NCBI GenBank assembly: GCA_044225555.1
Contig: JBGAIM010000010.1
Location: forward strand, 9,457 to 73,456
Source of the DNA: Limisphaerales bacterium
GTDB lineage: Bacteria; Verrucomicrobiota; Verrucomicrobiia; Limisphaerales; JADLHS01
Direction of reading: 5' to 3'
DNA length: 64,000 bases
Below are positions 1 through 8,347 of the stretch, piece after piece (position 1 is the stretch's first letter; each line of letters begins with the position of its first letter). The notes below the pieces were generated by a model. It saw only the letters and a program-made list of their open reading frames with translations, was not told the DNA's origin and searched no databases. The position numbers were made by a program, and so were the translations under genes.

Positions 1-216
1 ACCGGGAAAAAAGAAGTGGCTGACAGTACTCAGCGAATTTTACCGGGACTTGTTTGCCCGCGTTCCTGAATCACATCAGCCAACCGAGTTATACGCCGGT
101 TAGCCAAGGCGTCAACCCAAGAAATGCAAAGATGAATGGCAGGCTGGATTCCGCGGGGTGTCGTTGGCCGAGCCTCCGCCGCGACCGGTGGGACCGTTTG
201 ACAACGGCCTGTTCCA

Positions 217-615
217 GTGGTCAATTCAATCAAGGTGAACTTGATAAAACAGTTATTCAGTCGCCACGCACATCCAGATCGGGAATCACCTGCTTCCTAC
301 AATTGGCCCGGGCAGACGGGCCGGGAGTATGCCTTCGGGGTTTACCCCTTTGACACTTCCTTTCAACCGTTGCCCGGCATTTATATTTACGCCAGGCAGT
401 TGTCGGAAGGCGATTGGGACCCGATCTACATTGCGCAAACCCGCGATCTGCACCAACGACTCGAAGGTCACGTGACGTTGGCGGACGCGATCGCGCAGGG
501 CGCCACGCATATCCATGCCCACTATTGTACGGCGGGGCAGGGGGCGCGCCACACGGAGGAACAGGACCTCATCCACCGCTGGCAGCCTGTGTGCAATGAC
601 GTGTTCCAGAACTGA
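217..615 (+). CDS. GIY-YIG-like nuclease-fold protein (putative)
   Basis: 132-aa ORF with only alternative starts (GTG 217/235, TTG 241) and no internal ATG. 'GIYIYAR' is followed 13 aa later by 'PIYIAQTRDLHQRLEGH', and downstream by 'EEQDLIHRWQPVCN'. This resembles the GIY...YIG spacing plus the conserved Arg/His and Glu of the GIY-YIG fold. Recognised from motifs only. Confidence 0.45.
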   Translation: MVNSIKVNLIKQLFSRHAHPDRESPASYNWPGQTGREYAFGVYPFDTSFQPLPGIYIYARQLSEGDWDPIYIAQTRDLHQRLEGHVTLADAIAQGATHIHAHYCTAGQGARHTEEQDLIHRWQPVCNDVFQN

Positions 616-713
616 CGGGAGACCAGCCCGGCGACGCTGATGACGAGCAACTCGGCGCGTGAGTTTGCTTGGGCGCGTTCACTACGATCATCGCCCGCAG
701 CCCGGTTTCCGGT

Positions 714-1946
714 TTAGAATCTCACGAACCATTGTTTCCGATACATCAAGTGCGCCACCAGATAGAGCATGGTGGTCCACATGATCGCCCAGAGCAGCGA
801 GGCATTGGTGGGGCTGGCCAGCGCGGCAAAAGACTTCTGGAAGAGAAAACTCTGAAGGGCGACGGTCTGCTCGGGAGCGGAATTCAGGTTGATCTTGATC
901 GAAAGCAGCCGCCCCAGCACGCCCGAGAGCACAAACACCGTGATGGCATTCATGCCGTAGATGGCGAGCGGCTGGACCGGCTTGCGATAACCTTTCACGT
1001 CCACCAGCCAGTAACAGACGCCGAAGCAAATCATCGCCAGTCCCGCCATGAACACCGTGTAAGAACTCGTCCAGAGACTTTTGTTGATGGGCAGCGCGAG
1101 GTTCATCAACTCACCCAGCCAGAGCAACAACGCACCCGCGACCATCAGCCACGCGGTTTTTTCGGCCTCACTGCGCGGCGTGCGCATCCAGTGCCCCGCC
1201 AGAATTCCGAACAGACACGTCGCGATTGCCGGCAAGGTGCTGAGGATTCCTTCCGGATCCCAGGTGCGCCCGGTCTTCCACACGTGCGTGCCGATGATCG
1301 GGCCGTTGAGCACGAAATTGTCCACAGCGGCGGAAAAGTTATCACCCATCTCAAACAAGCCGGACACGAAGCGGGTTTCACCATGCACATCCACGGGGAA
1401 CGGAGCGAACGTCATGAGCAACCAGTAGGCGAGGAGTAAGCCCACGGTCCAGATTATCTGTCCGCGAATATTGGTCCGTAGCAAGATCGCCGTGACGATC
1501 AAATAACAGACGGCGATGCGCTGCAGCACACCGGGCAGCCGGACGTTGGTCAGATAATGGTGCAACCATTCGACCAAACCCAGTTGGCGCAGCGAACCAT
1601 CAACCAGATGCCCGAGCGTGGCGAGAAACAGCCCCAACCCAAACAGGATCGCAGCCCGGCGCAGTGCGTGCCACCAGAGTTCCCGGCGACTTTGGCCCTG
1701 TTCGAGGCGGCGCGAGACCGAGAGCGGGATGGCCACGCCGACGATCCAGAGGAAAAAGGGGAAGATCGTATCCGTGAAGGTCCAGCCGTTCCATTCCGCG
1801 TGCCGCAGCGGCGGGTAGATGTGCGACCACGAGCCGGGATTGTTGACGAGCATCATCGCGGCGATGGTCGCTCCGCGAAACACGTCAAGCGACATCAAGC
1901 GGCTGGTCGTGGGTGCGGGTGATGAAGGCGGATCGCCTTGGCTCAT
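714..1946 (-). CDS. HGSNAT-like membrane acyltransferase (DUF5009/DUF1624 family; heparan-alpha-glucosaminide N-acetyltransferase homolog)
   Basis: 410-aa polytopic membrane protein. N-terminal 'RLMSLDVFRGATIAAMMLVNNPG' and 'HAEWNGWTFTDTIFPFFLWIVG' are typical of this family. Confidence 0.7.
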   Translation of the reverse strand: MSQGDPPSSPAPTTSRLMSLDVFRGATIAAMMLVNNPGSWSHIYPPLRHAEWNGWTFTDTIFPFFLWIVGVAIPLSVSRRLEQGQSRRELWWHALRRAAILFGLGLFLATLGHLVDGSLRQLGLVEWLHHYLTNVRLPGVLQRIAVCYLIVTAILLRTNIRGQIIWTVGLLLAYWLLMTFAPFPVDVHGETRFVSGLFEMGDNFSAAVDNFVLNGPIIGTHVWKTGRTWDPEGILSTLPAIATCLFGILAGHWMRTPRSEAEKTAWLMVAGALLLWLGELMNLALPINKSLWTSSYTVFMAGLAMICFGVCYWLVDVKGYRKPVQPLAIYGMNAITVFVLSGVLGRLLSIKINLNSAPEQTVALQSFLFQKSFAALASPTNASLLWAIMWTTMLYLVAHLMYRKQWFVRF

Positions 1947-2211
1947 GGGCGCGACGCTAAGGTCTTTTCGCCTTCGAGGGAATCTTTTTCAACGAGTCTG
2001 AGTGCTGGGTTCACACCCGACAATCTTGTTGCCATCCGCAGTCGCAATGCATGGGTGCGAGCCGCATCTGTTGCTGCTATTTGGGGGATTTGCCGAAAGC
2101 TCTTCGCAGTCTATTGCTAGATTAGCGAACCAACCGCCTCTGAGGCGGGGCAATGACTCAAGTAACAAGCCCGCACAACTTGTTGGAAATGAACGGTGCA
2201 TTTCTTGTTAC

Positions 2212-2655
2212 TTACGAGGCCCGTGTTGGTGATTTGATCGCATCGGTTGGGACATCTGACCAGAAATCATATCCCTCAGGTAGAAAAATCACTTCAGGTC
2301 GCTTCAGACACCAGACAAAAACGTCCGTCGTCAGGCGGTCCAACTCTGCATCAGCAAAGTCTCCGCTGTTAGCACCCACGTCGCCGGCTTGCTTAACGGC
2401 TGCCAAATCTTGAGCTATCCTGGCGGCTGAGAAAGGCGTAGGCAGCCAACGTCCGAGCGTATCCAAATATTCGTAATAGCTGTCATTCCAGTTGCACCAA
2501 CCGTCACGATCCCGCGTATGCAATAATACCAGAATCGCGTCGATTACCTCATGGTGGAGTGATCGAATGCCGTCGGTATCTTCCTCCAACTCGTCAAACC
2601 ACCGCCGGAGACTCTCCAACTGATCGGCACTTTGACTAACAGACGAGAGCTTCAT
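2212..2655 (-). CDS. hypothetical protein (acidic, no signal peptide)
   Basis: 147-aa ORF in a visibly AT-richer stretch, isolated by non-coding DNA on both sides. No motif recognised. Confidence 0.45.
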   Translation of the reverse strand: MKLSSVSQSADQLESLRRWFDELEEDTDGIRSLHHEVIDAILVLLHTRDRDGWCNWNDSYYEYLDTLGRWLPTPFSAARIAQDLAAVKQAGDVGANSGDFADAELDRLTTDVFVWCLKRPEVIFLPEGYDFWSDVPTDAIKSPTRAS

Positions 2656-2856
2656 AGGCCTAACATTGTAATGAACCGCGAGCCTTGCAGCCTAGCACGG
2701 CTTGTGAGTTCGACTTTCGGCTTGGCAAAATCTTTTGTCGAGAGGAATTTGGAGTCGAAATGAACCAGCGTCAGCATTCAGCAAAGGCGGCGTACCAGCT
2801 CTCGGGCAGGTTTGTTTCCAATCTTTGGTGAAACTCTGACAACCTTTGGCAGAGAT

Positions 2857-5043
2857 ATGTCCATACGACCCTACCTCGCGCTGGCGCTACTGACCTTGCT
2901 GGCACCCGGCACGTCGGTCAGGACCGCCTCGGCGGGCGAGGGCTGGTTTTCCTTCGAGCCGAAGCCCGATCCGTTTGCCGAGAGCCCGCTGGACTTGCGT
3001 GCCCTCAATGAGAAATTCGCCGGTGAGCATGGGTTCATTGCGACCAAGGACGGCCATTTCGTCCACGCCGCCAACGGCCAGTCAGTGCGCTTCTGGGCAG
3101 TGAACGGGCCCTCCGGGGAGGGCAATGATCGCGCCGAGTTGCGCCGGACGGCGCGTTTGCTGGCGAAGTACGGCGTGAACCTCGTTCGCAAACACGGCGC
3201 GGTGTTCGACAAGGACGGTGAACTGAGTCCGGCGGCTGTCAAACGCAGCCTCGCCATCGTCGAGGAGATGAAAGCCGAAGGCATCTACACGCACCTCTCG
3301 ATCTACTTTCCGCTCTGGTTCACGCCGCGCCCGGACCATCCGTGGCTGAAGGGCTACGACGGCAAGTCGCACCCGTTTGCCGCGCTCATGTTCAATTCGC
3401 AGTTTCAGGAAAAATATCGCGAGTGGTGGAAAGCAGTCCTGACGACGCCCAGCGAAATCACTGGCAAGGCGCTCATCGAAGAACCGGCGCTCTTCGGCCT
3501 CGAGATTCAGAATGAAGACTCGCTCTTCTTCTGGACCTTCGACGCGAAGAACATTCCTGATGCCCAATTGCGCATTTTGGAAAAGATGTTCGGCGACTGG
3601 CTGGTGAAGAAACACGGCTCGCTCGACGCCGCCTTCGCCGCGTGGAAAAACCTGAAAGTGAATCGCGATGCACCGGTCGAAGGTCGCGTCGGCTTCCGCC
3701 CCCTCTGGAACATCGCCAACGAAAAGACGCCTCGCGATCAGGACACCGCTGCGTTCCTGTTCGGAGCACAGGCAAAGTTCTACCGGGACACGGTGGCGTT
3801 CCTGCGGAAGCTCGGGTTCAAAGGGTTGATCACACCTTCCAACTGGTCCACCGCCAGCCCGGAAGTCTTCGGTCCGCTGGAAAAACTCAGTTACACGACC
3901 GGCGATTTCATTGACCGCCACGGTTACTTCGAGAGCAATCACAAGGGCGACAACGCCGCCTGGTCCATTCGCGACGGCCACACCTACTCGGACCGCAGTG
4001 CGTTGCGCTTCGAGGCGGATGACCCGGTCAAGCCCCGGCAATTCGTGCATCCGATCATGGACCCGCACTACGATGGCAAACCCTCGATGATTTCCGAGAC
4101 GACGTTCTGCCGACCGAACCGTTATCGCTCCGAAGCACCGCTCTACTTTGCAGCCTACGGCGCGTTGCAGGACAGCGATGGCATCGTCCACTTCGCGTTC
4201 GATGGTGATCACTGGTCAGTGAAGCCGAACTTTTGGATGCAGCAATGGACGTTGATGACGCCGGCGATGATGGGCCAGTTCCCCGCCGCCGCGCTGATTT
4301 ACCGGCGCGGTTTGATCGCTCCGGGGCGCGTGCTCGCCGAGATCAAGTTGAACAAGACGGATTTGCTCCGCCTCAAAGGCACTCCGTTGCCGCAAGACGC
4401 TGCGCTTGATGAACTGCGCCTGGCTGACGTGCCCCAAGGCGCGGCGATGAAGCCCGGCCAGCGCATTGATCCGCTGATTCACTATGCGGGCAGGGTGGCG
4501 GTCAACTTTGTCGACGAGCCCGGCTCGGTAAAAGCAACCGACCTCGCGTCGTTCGTGAATCACGCGAAGAAAAGCGTTGCCAGCAGCACCGGCGAACTGA
4601 AGCTCGATTACGACAAAGGCGTTCTGGCCGTGAATGCCGCTCGCGCGCAAGGCGTGAGCGGCGCGCTAAGGCTCGCCGGCCTTGTTGACCTCAACGACTT
4701 GAGTGTGACGAGCGATCTTGAACTCGGGCATATCATCGCTGTGGCGCTCGACGAGCAACCGCTGGCGAAATCCAGTCGCATCCTGCTTCAGGTAATGTCG
4801 GAAGAGCAGGAAACCAACCACAAGACCGAGCCGGTGATCCCGACCGTGAAGCGGATCATCAGCATCGGCCACGATCCTTGGCAGGTGCGGGAATTGAACG
4901 GCACCGTCCGGTTCAAGCGCACTGACGCCAAGCAACTCAAAGTCACCGCGCTCGATTTCAACGGTTACCCTGCTCGCTCAATCGGCACGGCGCAGGAGAT
5001 CAAGCTTCAGCCCGCGACGATTTATTACTTGGTGACCCTATAA
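2857..5043 (+). CDS. secreted glycoside hydrolase, clan GH-A TIM-barrel type (family not resolved)
   Basis: The track ORF starts at 2812, but the ATG at 2857 gives a signal peptide 'MSIRPYLALALLTLLAPGTSVRTASA'. 'VRFWAVNG', 'LAKYGVNLVRKHG' and 'GLEIQNEDSLFFW' (an NE acid/base-like motif at a strand end) resemble GH5/GH2-type barrels. Confidence 0.55.
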   Translation: MSIRPYLALALLTLLAPGTSVRTASAGEGWFSFEPKPDPFAESPLDLRALNEKFAGEHGFIATKDGHFVHAANGQSVRFWAVNGPSGEGNDRAELRRTARLLAKYGVNLVRKHGAVFDKDGELSPAAVKRSLAIVEEMKAEGIYTHLSIYFPLWFTPRPDHPWLKGYDGKSHPFAALMFNSQFQEKYREWWKAVLTTPSEITGKALIEEPALFGLEIQNEDSLFFWTFDAKNIPDAQLRILEKMFGDWLVKKHGSLDAAFAAWKNLKVNRDAPVEGRVGFRPLWNIANEKTPRDQDTAAFLFGAQAKFYRDTVAFLRKLGFKGLITPSNWSTASPEVFGPLEKLSYTTGDFIDRHGYFESNHKGDNAAWSIRDGHTYSDRSALRFEADDPVKPRQFVHPIMDPHYDGKPSMISETTFCRPNRYRSEAPLYFAAYGALQDSDGIVHFAFDGDHWSVKPNFWMQQWTLMTPAMMGQFPAAALIYRRGLIAPGRVLAEIKLNKTDLLRLKGTPLPQDAALDELRLADVPQGAAMKPGQRIDPLIHYAGRVAVNFVDEPGSVKATDLASFVNHAKKSVASSTGELKLDYDKGVLAVNAARAQGVSGALRLAGLVDLNDLSVTSDLELGHIIAVALDEQPLAKSSRILLQVMSEEQETNHKTEPVIPTVKRIISIGHDPWQVRELNGTVRFKRTDAKQLKVTALDFNGYPARSIGTAQEIKLQPATIYYLVTL

Positions 5044-5131
5044 CCGGCGACCGGCGAAACTGGGATACCGGAGATCCAAAGTTGGCGGACCATCGTCGGA
5101 CTTGTGAAGTGAAGCCGTTCGTTGTTCACTG

Positions 5132-6637
5132 GTGACTAATATGCCTGCCGACTTTGCTCCTTATCGGAAGCTCCTCAAGCTCACCCGGGAAATTTCATTT
5201 CTCACCAGCTCCACGTCCGTGCTGAACTGGGATCTCGAAACCTGCATGCCGCCGAAGGGATTGACCTTTCGTGCCGAGCAACTCGCCTACCTGGGCAGCA
5301 CGGCGCACCGGAAGTTCACGTCGAAGAAGGCCGGTCAACTGATCGCCGCGTGCGAGCAAAAGGGTTTTGCGCCGGAGTCTGACGAAGCCGCGAATGTGCG
5401 CGAGTGGCGGCGGAGTTACGACCGCGCCACCAAAGTGCCGTCGCGACTGGTGGAAAAAATGGAACGCACGCGCGCCCACGCCCGCGAGGCCTGGAAGGAC
5501 GCGCGCAACCAATCCAAGTTCCGCCTCTTTCAACCGCATCTGCAAAAGGTATTGAACCTCTCGCACCAGATGGCCGATTGCTGGGGGTATCAGGAGTCGC
5601 CGTATGACGCATTGGTGGAAGGTTTCGAGACTGGCAGTACGGCCAGCCAGTTGCGTGCGTTGTTTGGGACGTTGCGCCCCGCGATTGTCTCGGTGCTGGA
5701 GCGCGCGCGCGAACGTTCGGCGGCGATTCCGGCGGATTATTTGCACGACCATTACCCGGTCGCGGCCCAGCAGGCGTTCAATCGCAAGGTGGCCGAGGCG
5801 ATTGGTTTTGATTTCGCCGCCGGACGCGTGGACACGACCACCCATCCATTCTGCGAGACCGTGGGGCCGGGTGATTGCCGGCTCACGACCCGCTATGACG
5901 AGCGGAATTTTGCCCAATCGCTTTACGGCGTCCTGCACGAGGCCGGGCATGGTCTCTATGAACAGGGCTTGGTGGCGGAACATTACGGCACACCGCTGGG
6001 GACCGCCGTTTCGCTCGGGATTCATGAATCCCAATCGCGCCTTTGGGAAAACCACGTTGGCCGCAGTCCCGCGTTCTGGGAACACTGGCATCCGGTTGCG
6101 TGCGAACATTTCCCCGGGCTCAAGCGATTTTCCCCGGCCCAGGTTTCTGCCGCGGTGAACCGGGTCGCGCCATCGTTCATTCGCGTGGAAGCCGATCAGG
6201 TCACGTACGATCTGCACATCATCCTGCGCTTCGAGTTGGAGGTGAAACTGGTCGAAGGTCAGCTCAAGGTTGCCGACGTTCCCGGTTGCTGGAACGAGGA
6301 ATTCGAAAAGATGTTCGGGCTTAAGGTTGCCAAGGACGCGGACGGATGCTTGCAGGATATTCATTGGTCCATCGGCTGTCTGGGATACTTCCCGACTTAC
6401 ACGCTGGGCAATCTCAACGCCGCGCAACTCATGCACCGCGCATTGGCAGAGCAGGGGACTCTGGCGGACGAACTGGCTCGCGGCGAATATGGTAATCTGC
6501 TTCGGTGGCTGCGCGAGAAAGTTCATGCGGCCGGTTCGCGGCATCGTCCCCAACCGTTGATCCAGCAGGTGACTGGTGAACCGACCCAGAGCAAGTATCA
6601 CCTCGATTACCTGCGGCAGAAATTTGCCGGGTCCTGA
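5132..6637 (+). CDS. M32 carboxypeptidase (carboxypeptidase Taq family)
   Basis: Contains 'HEAGHGLYEQG' (HExxH), 'HESQSRLWEN' and 'IRVEADQVTYDLHIILRFELE', all hallmark M32 motifs. Position 5132 is GTG; an ATG at 5141 is an alternative start. Confidence 0.9.
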   Translation: MTNMPADFAPYRKLLKLTREISFLTSSTSVLNWDLETCMPPKGLTFRAEQLAYLGSTAHRKFTSKKAGQLIAACEQKGFAPESDEAANVREWRRSYDRATKVPSRLVEKMERTRAHAREAWKDARNQSKFRLFQPHLQKVLNLSHQMADCWGYQESPYDALVEGFETGSTASQLRALFGTLRPAIVSVLERARERSAAIPADYLHDHYPVAAQQAFNRKVAEAIGFDFAAGRVDTTTHPFCETVGPGDCRLTTRYDERNFAQSLYGVLHEAGHGLYEQGLVAEHYGTPLGTAVSLGIHESQSRLWENHVGRSPAFWEHWHPVACEHFPGLKRFSPAQVSAAVNRVAPSFIRVEADQVTYDLHIILRFELEVKLVEGQLKVADVPGCWNEEFEKMFGLKVAKDADGCLQDIHWSIGCLGYFPTYTLGNLNAAQLMHRALAEQGTLADELARGEYGNLLRWLREKVHAAGSRHRPQPLIQQVTGEPTQSKYHLDYLRQKFAGS

Positions 6638-6862
6638 GCCGCGCGCGGCTGGTCGTTCCGGTTTGCCGGAGACTGGGCGGGGCGCTTCCGTGTTTCCTTT
6701 CGCGATTTTCGATGATTGCGGAAAGTCGCGTGCTAGAAAGTTGGGACGGGTAAGTGCTCGCTATCTTTCCCATAAAAGGCGCCGGGATTGGAGAGTCCTG
6801 GGTGCGGCGCCACAATACCCCCGGGCACGTTGGTGCAAACCATCAAACGCTGATCGAATTAT

Positions 6863-6888
6863 GCGCGGCGACGGAAGTGTCGCCGCGC
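6863..6888. terminator. perfect 10-bp GC-rich stem-loop between convergent genes (putative terminator)
   Basis: gcgcggcgac-ggaagt-gtcgccgcgc. It ends 1 nt before the stop codon (6889-6891) of the minus-strand DUF1501 gene and lies ~225 nt after the plus-strand M32 gene. No strong U-tract is present, so function is inferred. Confidence 0.45.
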
Positions 6889-8343
6889 TCAACTCAAAAT
6901 TCCTTGAACCACCTGACCGCGCACGTCGGTCAGGCGGTAATGTCGGCCTTGGAAAAGGTACGTGAGTTGTTCGTGATCGAAACCGAGCAGGTGCAGCAAC
7001 GTGGCGTTGAAGTCGTGGACGTGGACCTTGTCCTTGATCGCTTCGTAACCGAAATCGTCCGTCTCGCCGTAACTTAAACCGCGCTTCACCCCCGCGCCGG
7101 CAACCCAGATGGTAAATCCACTGGGACTGTGATCGCGTCCGGCGAACGGGTTGTCCTTGCCCTCGCGGTTTTCCTTCATCGGCGTCCGCCCAAATTCGGC
7201 GCCGCAAATCAGCAGCGTGTCTTCGAGCATTCCGCGTTGCTTGAGATCGGCCAGCAGCGCGGCCACGGCCTGGTCCATTACTTTCATCTTCCGCTGGATG
7301 CCGCCGGTGAGTGAGTTTGCTTCGTTATCGCCGTGCGCATCCCAACCCCAGTCGTAGAGCTGGATGAAGCGCACGCCGCGTTCGGAGAGGCGGCGGGCGA
7401 GCAGGCAATTGTTGGCGAAACTGTTCTTGCCCGGTTCAATACCGTAGCTTGCTTGGACGTGAGCCGGCTCCTTTGACAGGTCAGTCGCCTCGGGTACGCT
7501 CATTTGCATGCGAAACGCCAGCTCGTACTGGCTGATGCGCGTGAGGGTTTCCGGGTCGCCGAATTCCTTGGCGGTACGGGCATTGAGTTCGTTGATTGCG
7601 TCCAGCGTCGCCCGCCGTTGCTCGCGTGTGACGCCGTCCGGATTGGCGGCAAAGAGTATCGGTTCGCCGTGGCCCTGGCATTGGACGCCTTGATAGATGC
7701 CCGGCAGAAAACCGCTGCCCCAGATGGTTTTGCCGGCATCGGGGTTTTTGCCACCGCTAGTCAACACGATGAATCCGGGCAAATCCTGGTTTTCCGTGCC
7801 CAGCCCATAATACGCCCATGACCCGACGCACGGGCGGCCTTTGATCTGGCTGCCGCTCTGGAGCATCAATTGCGCGGGGGCGTGGTTGAATTGTTCGGTC
7901 CACATGCTCTTGATGAGGCAGAGTTCATCCACCATCGCACCCAGGTTCGGCAGATGTTCGGAAACCCTCGTGCCCGACTGGCCTTGCTGGACGAACTTGT
8001 GCTGCGGTCCGAGCATGTTCGGAACGCCCTTGATGAAAGCAAAACGTTTTCCCTTGAGAAATGAATCCGGACAGGGTTTGCCGTCGAGTTTCAGCAATTC
8101 GGGTTTGTAGTCGAAGGTTTCGAGTTGCGACGGGGCGCCGGCGAGGTGGATGTAAATGATGCGTTTGACCTTGGCCGGATGCTGGAGACGGGGCCGGAGC
8201 GCCGTTGCCGAATCTTCACCCAAGGCTCGACCAAGGAGTCCGTTGAAAGCTATCCCGCCGAGGCAGGCCATGCTGGTCTTGAGGAAGAAACGGCGGGTCT
8301 GGTGTGCGACCAGTGCGCGCCGGAGATGTTCGTGGGAGTTCAT
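6889..8343 (-). CDS. DUF1501 domain protein (sulfatase-fold, Tat signal)
   Basis: Tat-like 'TRRFFLKTSMACLGGIAF'. 'CGAEFGRTP', 'GRDHSPSGF' and 'DFNATLLHLLGFDHEQLTY' are typical DUF1501 motifs. The ATG at 8343 (MNSHEHL) lies 4 nt after the upstream stop; the track ORF start at 8373 would overlap the upstream gene. Confidence 0.85.
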   Translation of the reverse strand: MNSHEHLRRALVAHQTRRFFLKTSMACLGGIAFNGLLGRALGEDSATALRPRLQHPAKVKRIIYIHLAGAPSQLETFDYKPELLKLDGKPCPDSFLKGKRFAFIKGVPNMLGPQHKFVQQGQSGTRVSEHLPNLGAMVDELCLIKSMWTEQFNHAPAQLMLQSGSQIKGRPCVGSWAYYGLGTENQDLPGFIVLTSGGKNPDAGKTIWGSGFLPGIYQGVQCQGHGEPILFAANPDGVTREQRRATLDAINELNARTAKEFGDPETLTRISQYELAFRMQMSVPEATDLSKEPAHVQASYGIEPGKNSFANNCLLARRLSERGVRFIQLYDWGWDAHGDNEANSLTGGIQRKMKVMDQAVAALLADLKQRGMLEDTLLICGAEFGRTPMKENREGKDNPFAGRDHSPSGFTIWVAGAGVKRGLSYGETDDFGYEAIKDKVHVHDFNATLLHLLGFDHEQLTYLFQGRHYRLTDVRGQVVQGILS

Positions 8344-8347
8344 GGCC

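Noticed and set aside
1-216. Short ORFs 30..233 (minus) and 54..353 (plus) at the left edge, and a possible RNA gene.
   Set aside because: There are no motifs, the ORFs overlap each other and have a low-complexity composition, and I could not fold a tRNA-like cloverleaf. Left unannotated.
5195-6601. Long ORFs antisense to clearly identified genes: 5195..6601, 3082..4212, 669..1439, 8156..8968, 24419..25303, 27945..29321, 30225..31475 (the part antisense to tdh), 32443..33870, 52087..53025, 54423..55457, 58655..60358 and 60483..61667.
   Set aside because: They mirror strongly supported genes on the other strand. They are Arg/Gly/Ala/His-rich with no recognisable motifs, as expected from stop-codon depletion in high-GC DNA. 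They are not treated as genes.
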